From Gemmatimonadota bacterium (GTDB lineage: Bacteria > Gemmatimonadota > Gemmatimonadetes > JACCXV01 > JAHWKZ01): DNA of 64,000 bases. The DNA lies in the NCBI GenBank assembly GCA_035687745.1, contig DASRVA010000090.1:291-64290 (forward strand), read 5' to 3'. The position numbers were made by a program, and so were the translations under genes. Under the pieces are notes generated by a model, which worked only from the letters and a program-made list of their open reading frames with translations, was not told where the DNA came from and did no database searches. Shown here one piece after another: positions 57,933 through 64,000 of this stretch; position 1 is the first letter of the stretch, and each line of letters starts with the position of its first letter.

Positions 57933-59432
57933 TCACTCCACCCGCGCCATCGTGAACCCGTTGTACTCCAGGCTCTCGGCCGCGCCGCCGCCCTCCGGGA
58001 ACGTGAAGTCGATCACCTCTCCGCCGCCCGTCAACTCGACCCGGAGCTGATCCTCGGCCGCCGCGTAGACCTCGGCCTCGCTCTCCGCGATCCCCATCGA
58101 GACCTCGAGGCCGTCGCCGACCACTCGCCATTCCATCCGTCCGAGCGCCGGATGCTCGTAGGCGCCGGCGTACGCCTCGAGCGGATGCGGGAGTGGCACC
58201 TGTCGCGCCGCGCGTTCGGCCAGGTGTTTCGTCAGCTCCTGGAGTTCTTGGGCGGCCCGCTCCTCCAACTGGCTCAGAGCTGCGTCGTACACGGCCGCCA
58301 CATCGGTCTTCCCTCGCACGCGGTCGTAGATGTAGGTGGCCATCAGATCGGCCGCCGGCGAGGCGGGCCCGTCGCCGTTGACGAGCACGACCACGCCAAT
58401 CCCGTGCGACGGCATGAACGACAGGTGGGAGCGGTAGCCGGTGAAGGAGCCGAACCGGTGGACGATCGTGTCGCCTTCGAAGGTCCCCAGGTCCCAGCCG
58501 TAGCCCCAGCCGTAGCGGTGGAAGGGGCCGAACTCCCGATCCTGATCGACGTGCTTGCGGTGGGTGGACTCCAGCACGCGGGCCGGAAAGACCCGCTCAC
58601 CCCCGACGGCACCGTCGCCGAGGTGGGCGGCGACGAAGCGGCCCAGGTCCCTCGCCGTCGTGAAATGCCCACCGGCGGCGTGCATGTTCTCGTCCGCCTT
58701 GGCGAGGCGAACCGGCTGCCAGCCTTCGCCCGGCCTGATTTCGTGCGGCCTGGCGACCTGGTCCGGCTCGAAATCGGAGACTCGTGCGCTCGTGTGATCC
58801 ATCCCGAGGGGCTCCAGAACCTCGCGGCGAATGACTTCCTTCCATCCATGCCCGCCCTCGGGGCCCAGGACCAGCCCCAGGATGTTGTAGGGCAGATTCC
58901 CGTAGGAGAACGCGTGGCCCGATTCGGAGGGGCCGTAGCCGGCGAGGAGCTCGACGAGCTGCCCCGCCTGGAAATCGCCTGTGAAGGCGGTGCGGAAGAC
59001 GACGGGCCCGCCGTCCTGGAGGCCCTCGGTCATTGTGAGGAGGGCCTCGATCGTGACCGAATCGGCGTCGACCGGCTCCTCGAAGCGAACTCCAGGGATG
59101 TAGCGGGTCACGGGTGCCTCGAGCTCCAGCTCCCCGCGCTCGACGAGCAGCACGACGGCGGTCGCCGTCAGCGCCTTGGTGCTCGAGGCGATGTAGAAGG
59201 CCGTGCCCTCGTCGACGACGCGGCCCGTTTCCTTGTCGGCGACGCCGAAGCCGGCCGTGTAGACAACCGAATCGCCGCGCGTGACCGCGATCCCCATTCC
59301 GGGGACCAGGCCGGCATCGACCAGACGCCGGGCGAAACCGTCCACGTCGGCCTCCCAGTCGTCGGACTGGCCGAACGCCGGGACCGCCAGAAAAAGGGAG
59401 AGAGCGGAAGAAAGAGTGGTCACGAGACGCAT
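57933..59432 (-). CDS. beta-lactamase-family serine hydrolase (class C / PBP-like), secreted
   Basis: S-x-x-K motif ASSTKALTA; signal peptide MRLVTTLSSALSLFLAVPAFGQ. Confidence 0.8.
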   Translation of the reverse strand: MRLVTTLSSALSLFLAVPAFGQSDDWEADVDGFARRLVDAGLVPGMGIAVTRGDSVVYTAGFGVADKETGRVVDEGTAFYIASSTKALTATAVVLLVERGELELEAPVTRYIPGVRFEEPVDADSVTIEALLTMTEGLQDGGPVVFRTAFTGDFQAGQLVELLAGYGPSESGHAFSYGNLPYNILGLVLGPEGGHGWKEVIRREVLEPLGMDHTSARVSDFEPDQVARPHEIRPGEGWQPVRLAKADENMHAAGGHFTTARDLGRFVAAHLGDGAVGGERVFPARVLESTHRKHVDQDREFGPFHRYGWGYGWDLGTFEGDTIVHRFGSFTGYRSHLSFMPSHGIGVVVLVNGDGPASPAADLMATYIYDRVRGKTDVAAVYDAALSQLEERAAQELQELTKHLAERAARQVPLPHPLEAYAGAYEHPALGRMEWRVVGDGLEVSMGIAESEAEVYAAAEDQLRVELTGGGEVIDFTFPEGGGAAESLEYNGFTMARVE

Positions 59433-59457
59433 GGGATCGCTCCTGCCGCGGTGAATG

Positions 59458-59865
59458 CTATCGGTTGGCGGTGAATGCCATCGGGACGGCGAGGAGCGCC
59501 CGGGCCCCGGCGCCGGCATGGATCCACCGCCAGGGCCCGAGCCCGCGGTCGTCGCGGGCGAAAGGCCGGTCCAGGTCGAGCAGGATCTGGAGGACCCGAG
59601 CTCCTCTCGGCCCCACCCGGTCGGCGTGGACGACGCCCGCCGGCTTGACCACCACGCTCAGGCAGGTCGCCACCTCGTCGAGGCGCCCTACCGTTTCGCG
59701 GATCCCGCCGGCCAGGACCAGGGTGATCCCGTCGTACTCGTGGGCATGAGCGGCCTGACGAAGACCGGGTCGGTACGCGACCTCGCGCACGCGGAACCCC
59801 TCGCCCGCGAAATCCCGGTGGACGACGGGGACGCCGCCGTTCGACGCGCATTCCGTGTCGGCCAT
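59458..59865 (-). CDS. cupin-domain hypothetical protein
   Basis: 135 aa. Weak call, based on position between neighbouring genes and plausible frame only. Confidence 0.35.
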   Translation of the reverse strand: MADTECASNGGVPVVHRDFAGEGFRVREVAYRPGLRQAAHAHEYDGITLVLAGGIRETVGRLDEVATCLSVVVKPAGVVHADRVGPRGARVLQILLDLDRPFARDDRGLGPWRWIHAGAGARALLAVPMAFTANR

Positions 59866-59921
59866 GATCCCTCAACGAAGCCGGGCGCGTCGGGGTTTCC
59901 GGCGCTCTCCGGTTTTTTCCG

Positions 59922-60347
59922 TCAGAGCGATCGTCCCCGCCGCATCCTGAGGTCCAGGCTCCATGGCCCCGCGCCGTTCCCGGCCAGGAAGATCCACACG
60001 GACATGTAGAGGAGCGCCAGCTCGCCGCCGTTCAGCAACGGAACCGGCCCGCGTGGGAAATGGGCGTAGAAGTAGGCGATGATCATCTCCAGCGCGAGGA
60101 TGAGCGCGACCGGTCGCGTGAAGAGCCCGAGCAGGATCAGGAGCCCGCCGAAGACCTCGAGCACGCCGGCCAGCCCCATCAGCGAGAAGAGGGGCGCCGA
60201 GCCGCCGGCCTCGCCCATGCCGCCGAACCAGCCGAACAGCTTGGGCATCCCGTGCATGCAGTACAGCGCCCCGGCGATGATCCGAAGGATCGCGTGGGTG
60301 GCGCGGGCAAGGCCGGTGGAGCTGACCGTGGTCGAGGACAGGGCCAT
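59922..60347 (-). CDS. DoxX-family membrane protein
   Basis: ILRIIAGALYCMHGMPKLFGWFG typical of DoxX. Confidence 0.7.
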   Translation of the reverse strand: MALSSTTVSSTGLARATHAILRIIAGALYCMHGMPKLFGWFGGMGEAGGSAPLFSLMGLAGVLEVFGGLLILLGLFTRPVALILALEMIIAYFYAHFPRGPVPLLNGGELALLYMSVWIFLAGNGAGPWSLDLRMRRGRSL

Positions 60348-60500
60348 GTGCCTCCTGAGGAAAAGGGGGTCGGGGTACCGTAATCGCTGTCAAGGATATG
60401 ACGGTCTAGGCCGGGGCTCCAGTTCAGCGGGCCTCCCAACCGCCTCGCCCCGTCGAGGCTTTCTTCTCCGGGCCGCTTCCCCCCGACCAAGGAGAACCCG

Positions 60501-60944
60501 ATGGTGCGTGTGATCCTCCTCGTGACGATCCTTCTAGCGTTTGCCGCCTCGCCCGCCTTCGCCCAGGCCGACTCCGAGGACGCGGCCGTCCGTGCTGCCC
60601 TCGAGCACTACCTGCTGGGCCACGCCACCGGCGACGGCGCCCACCACGCGATGGTCTTCCACGACGTCGCCAACCTGTACTGGATCCGGGACGGGGAGCT
60701 CGCCACCCGGACCTCCGCCGACTACATCGCCGGCGCCCCCGGCGAGCCGGCCGAGGACGAGGCCCAGCGCCACCGCGAAATCACGATGGTCGACGTGACC
60801 GGCGACGCGGCGGTCGCCAAGATCGTCCTCGATTACCCGGATGCCCTCCTGACAGACTACATGTCGCTCCTCAAGATCGACGGCGAGTGGAAGATCGTGA
60901 ACAAGATCTTCACGGTGGAGCGAAAGGCGGCCGTCGAGCGGTAG
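60501..60944 (+). CDS. secreted NTF2-like / SnoaL-like fold protein
   Basis: AAGGAGAA RBS; signal MVRVILLVTILLAFAASPAFAQ. Confidence 0.6.
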   Translation: MVRVILLVTILLAFAASPAFAQADSEDAAVRAALEHYLLGHATGDGAHHAMVFHDVANLYWIRDGELATRTSADYIAGAPGEPAEDEAQRHREITMVDVTGDAAVAKIVLDYPDALLTDYMSLLKIDGEWKIVNKIFTVERKAAVER

Positions 60945-61059
60945 CCCGGTTCCAAGGGTCCTCCCACACGACCCCGTCCTTGATCACGACCTTCGGGCTG
61001 AGCAGCGCCCGCGGGTTTTCGAGCGGGCTCGGGTCCAAGAGGATCAGGTTGGCTCGCAT
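60910..61059 (-). pseudogene. remnant of an amidohydrolase C-terminus
   Basis: ANLILLDPSPLENPRALLSPKVVIKDGVVW matches amidohydrolase C-termini. Only about 50 codons are protein-like; the frame differs from the upstream PD40 gene. Confidence 0.3.
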
Positions 61060-61090
61060 GCCGGGCGAACGAGGCGGCGGGTCGGCAGTC

Positions 61091-62005
61091 TCACTCGCCC
61101 CCCGACCGGCTGTCCAATTCCAGCACCAGGATCTCCGAGGCCTCGTCGAAGGGCTCGTCCGGGAACCAGACATAGCGGGCGAAGGCGATCTTCGAGCCAT
61201 CGGGCGACCACGACGCCTGGCGGTCGTCAGCAGGGTCGTCGGTGAGCCGGCGGAGATTCGAGCCGTCCACGTCCACGACCCACAGGTCGGAGGAGGCCGA
61301 GCGCTCGGAGGCGAAGACGAGCCGCGTGCCGTCGGGCGACCAGGCCGGCCAGCCGTCGAACCCGGGGTGATTCGAAAGGTTTGCGACGTCCTTCCCCTCG
61401 AGATCGACCACGACCACCTCCCAGTTCCCATCGGCCAGGATGCGGCGGGTGGCGAGCCGGGTCCCGTCCGGCGACAGCGTCGGATAGGTCTCGACCTCGG
61501 GCGTCGACGTGATCCGGCGGACGTTCGAGCCGTCGGCGTCCATCACGTACAGGTCGATGTTCTCGTCGTCCTCGTCCGCAGCGGAGCGGTTGGAGGCGAA
61601 GAAGATCCGCTGACCGTCCGGCGACCAGAACGGGTGCTCGTCGTGGGTCTGGCTGGTCGAGAGGTTCCGGGGGTGGGAGCCGTCGGCCTCCATGACGTAG
61701 ATCTGGGAAGGACCGGCGCGGAAGGACCGGAACGCGATCTGCGATCCGTCCGGCGACCAGACCGGCGTGCCGTCCTGACCGGGCGCGTCGGTCAATTTCA
61801 CGATCGTCCCGCTGTCTGGCTCCATCACGTAGATGTCGAAGTCGCCGTCGGCGTTCGACATGTAGGCGACCTTCGAGCCATCGGGCGACCAGGCGGGGTA
61901 CGCGTTCGTGATGCGGGTGAGGAGAGCGGCCGATCTTTCCTGCGCCGACGTGGCGCTGCCGGTGGCAAGGATCATCACCAGGGTGAGAAGAAGGCTCCTG
62001 CTCAT
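61091..62005 (-). CDS. TolB-like PD40 beta-propeller protein, secreted
   Basis: Repeated WSPDGS...IYVM PD40 blades; signal peptide MSRSLLLTLVMILATGSATSAQ. Confidence 0.75.
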   Translation of the reverse strand: MSRSLLLTLVMILATGSATSAQERSAALLTRITNAYPAWSPDGSKVAYMSNADGDFDIYVMEPDSGTIVKLTDAPGQDGTPVWSPDGSQIAFRSFRAGPSQIYVMEADGSHPRNLSTSQTHDEHPFWSPDGQRIFFASNRSAADEDDENIDLYVMDADGSNVRRITSTPEVETYPTLSPDGTRLATRRILADGNWEVVVVDLEGKDVANLSNHPGFDGWPAWSPDGTRLVFASERSASSDLWVVDVDGSNLRRLTDDPADDRQASWSPDGSKIAFARYVWFPDEPFDEASEILVLELDSRSGGE

Positions 62006-62084
62006 AGAGTCTTGCGCATACGGATGCACCGCAGCTCGACGCCGTCGGCGAGGCAATGAGATTCCTGTCCGTTCTTGGCCACGG

Positions 62085-62402
62085 CTATTCTTGGGGACGA
62101 AGGATCCAGACCGGGCATTCAAAGATGAAGCGTCGAGATTCGCTGCCTTCAAAGAAGGGAGCGAGCTCCCGTAACAGCCATCCTCGCACGTCGTCGATAC
62201 ACTCATCGCCCTCCTCGACGGCCGCGATCACGTTCGTCTGCGTCACGAGGTAGTCGACCAGCCGTTCTCTCGAGAACTCCGCAAGATTTTGATACTCGTC
62301 GTGGATCTCGCATCGGAACCCGGGCTCGACGAGATCTCCGGCCGTGAAGTCGAGCGGAAACCTGGGAGGATAGGGGTATCTCTGCCAGTAGACATCTCGC
62401 AT
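62085..62402 (-). CDS. hypothetical protein in a locally lower-GC patch
   Basis: 105-aa ORF, no homology recognised. Confidence 0.35.
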   Translation of the reverse strand: MRDVYWQRYPYPPRFPLDFTAGDLVEPGFRCEIHDEYQNLAEFSRERLVDYLVTQTNVIAAVEEGDECIDDVRGWLLRELAPFFEGSESRRFIFECPVWILRPQE

Positions 62403-62418
62403 CCACTGGCGGGCGGAT

Positions 62419-64000
62419 TCACACCTCTGAAGGGTGGATCCCGACCCCCACCCGCTCCAGCAGCTTCTGGAACCGCAGATCGTCCTTCAGCACGTCGAAC
62501 GACGGCTGGACGCCGATCTGGATCGCGATGGCGTGGCGCTCGTCCACGACCCTCTCGAGGAGCGCGAGCGCTTCGTCGGTCCGGCCCAGGTTCGCGAGGC
62601 CGGCGGCCATGTTGAAGTCGTGGGCCCAGGCCCCTTCCTGGGGCCTCAGCCCCTCGACGTACGCCTCACGGAATCCGCGCTCGCCGCCTTCTTCGTAGCC
62701 GGCCCGCATCCGGCTCACCCATTCGCCCGGGATCTGGTCGGGATCCAGCTTGGCCGCCATCTCCATGGCCTGGATCGCTTCCTCGAAGCGACCGACCTGG
62801 ATCAGGACCCCGGCCAGGTTGACGTGCTCGGGGGCGTAGCCGGGATCGAGCCGGAGAACCTCCCGGTGAATGGCGAGCGCCTCCTCGTATCTGCCTGCGA
62901 AGTAGTACGCCGAGCCGAACGCCATCCGCACCGGCAACGACAGCGGATCCAGCTCGACCGCGCGCCGGTGTGAGGCGATCGCCTCCTCAGGCCGGCCCCG
63001 GAACATGAGGTAGTTCCCGTACCACTGATGCAGGTTCGCTGAGGACGGGGAGCGCCGGATCGCCTCTTCGTACTCGCGACCGACCTCGTCCCACTCCCAT
63101 TCCGACATCGCAGTCATGCCCCGCGCGGCATGAGGCTCGGCCAGGTCGGGATCCAGCTCGAGCGCACGCGCGGCCGCCTCGCGGGCTCGGAGGGCCGCTT
63201 CCGCGACCTTCGTGTCGGTGTAGTACGGCATGAGCGCCCACAGAATCGCCAGAGCCGACCACGCCCGGGGGTATTCGGGGTCCAGTTCGAGCGCTTTCTT
63301 GAGCGCGGTCCGGGCCTGCCGGAGAGCCTCGGACGACCGGCGCGCCATCAGGGAACGCGCCTTCAGATACCACTCGTAGGCCTCGAAGCTCTCGGTCGGC
63401 CGGCCGGTGATTCTCGCCCGCTCGCGCGAGGTGAGCCGTCCTTTCAGCGACTCGACGATCTTCCCGGCGACGTCGCTCTGGATCTCGAAGATGTCCTCGA
63501 GCTCACGGTCGTAGCTCTCGGCCCACAGATGCTGATCGGTCGCGGCGTCGATGAGCTGGGCGGTGATCCGGACCCGCCGGCCCGCCTGGCGGACGCTCCC
63601 CTCGAGGACGGCGGCCACTCCAAGTTCGCGGGCGATCTGGGGAAGTGGCTTGGAGGTCCCCTTGTACTGCATGACCGACGTGCGGCTGATGACCTTGAGC
63701 CCCTGGATCCGCGCCAGCGTGGTCAGGATCTCCTCGGTGACTCCGTCCGAGAAGAACTCGTTCTCGGCGCTCGCGCTCATGTTGGCAAAGGGGAGAACGG
63801 CGATCGAGGCCGGCGGCGTCGTCCCGCCGTGGTCCGCGGAGGGACCGATCTTCGGAGAGGGGGCGCCGGCCATGACCGCGTAGACCACGATCGGCGCCGC
63901 GAACCCCTTGAAGCGGTGCTCGCCGCGGGCCTCGAATTGGAATCCCGGCCGCTGGCGGATCTGCCGCCAGACGTCTTCGGTGATCCAGACCTCTCCCGGG
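62419..64000 (-). CDS. class III nucleotidyl cyclase fused to TolB-N-like and TPR repeats (paralog of 40467-42314), 5' end beyond window
   Basis: The track ORF to 63888 continues open to 64000. Hand translation of 63889-64000 gives the cyclase C-terminus ...PGEVWITEDVWRQIRQRPGFQFEARGEHRFKGFAAPIVVY. Confidence 0.7.
   Translation of the reverse strand, partial: PGEVWITEDVWRQIRQRPGFQFEARGEHRFKGFAAPIVVYAVMAGAPSPKIGPSADHGGTTPPASIAVLPFANMSASAENEFFSDGVTEEILTTLARIQGLKVISRTSVMQYKGTSKPLPQIARELGVAAVLEGSVRQAGRRVRITAQLIDAATDQHLWAESYDRELEDIFEIQSDVAGKIVESLKGRLTSRERARITGRPTESFEAYEWYLKARSLMARRSSEALRQARTALKKALELDPEYPRAWSALAILWALMPYYTDTKVAEAALRAREAAARALELDPDLAEPHAARGMTAMSEWEWDEVGREYEEAIRRSPSSANLHQWYGNYLMFRGRPEEAIASHRRAVELDPLSLPVRMAFGSAYYFAGRYEEALAIHREVLRLDPGYAPEHVNLAGVLIQVGRFEEAIQAMEMAAKLDPDQIPGEWVSRMRAGYEEGGERGFREAYVEGLRPQEGAWAHDFNMAAGLANLGRTDEALALLERVVDERHAIAIQIGVQPSFDVLKDDLRFQKLLERVGVGIHPSEV

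Noticed and set aside
60910-61431. 173-aa minus-strand ORF as an intact gene
   Set aside because: Only its last about 50 codons look protein-like. The rest is Ser/Arg/Pro-rich and overlaps the PD40 gene in another frame.
1-64000. CRISPR arrays, rRNA/tRNA genes, transposases or integrases, prophage genes
   Set aside because: No direct-repeat/spacer arrays, no rRNA-like conserved blocks, and no ORF with transposase, integrase or recombinase motifs was seen on either strand.

Overview
64 kb window at roughly 70% GC from a diderm bacterium; lineage not determinable from sequence alone. The diderm call rests on an OmpA-like outer-membrane beta-barrel, many lipobox lipoproteins and several Tat signal peptides. 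The window is densely coding, with about 70 genes and no rRNA, tRNA, CRISPR array, transposase or integrase. Most of the large GC-rich ORFs in the track are antisense or alternate-frame artefacts of real genes. Coordinates follow the ORF track; a few hand-read positions may be off by one. Genes are arranged in tight co-directional operons, and many junctions show 4-nt GTGA or ATGA start/stop overlaps indicating translational coupling.

Main blocks:
- Peptidoglycan-recycling operon anmK-nagZ-mltD plus an SSF transporter (2245-8306). It sits beside a divergent lipoprotein carrying two Cys/His-rich repeats, a dodecin gene, and a coupled cbs-lipoprotein-murQ operon.
- Nine-gene glycan operon (12674-22158): M14 carboxypeptidase, AlkP/NPP-family enzyme, epimerase, GT2, GT4, sulfotransferase, Gfo/Idh/MocA oxidoreductase and a second GT2. 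This predicts a sulfated glycoconjugate.
- A run of housekeeping and accessory enzymes and transporters: MATE efflux pump, SDR, cupins, amidohydrolase, two aldo/keto reductases, Tat-exported metallophosphoesterase, ATM1-type ABC exporter, split YeeE/YedE, VOC proteins, beta-lactamase-family hydrolase, MutS.
- Three class III nucleotidyl-cyclase genes. One is coupled to a frameshifted ComEC-like MBL gene. One is a zinc-ribbon plus cyclase frame interrupted by an in-frame TGA exactly where the fourth Cys ligand would be. One is a paralog running off the window end.
- Tandem duplication of a cold-shock gene, each copy with its own promoter, a conserved long 5'UTR and an intrinsic terminator.
- A Tat-exported class-V PLP enzyme placed divergently from an ornithine cyclodeaminase-family gene.

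No single canonical defence or mobile system was found. The most distinctive candidates are the sulfotransferase glycan operon, the TGA-interrupted zinc-ribbon cyclase, the Cys/His repeat lipoprotein and the MBL-cyclase pair.
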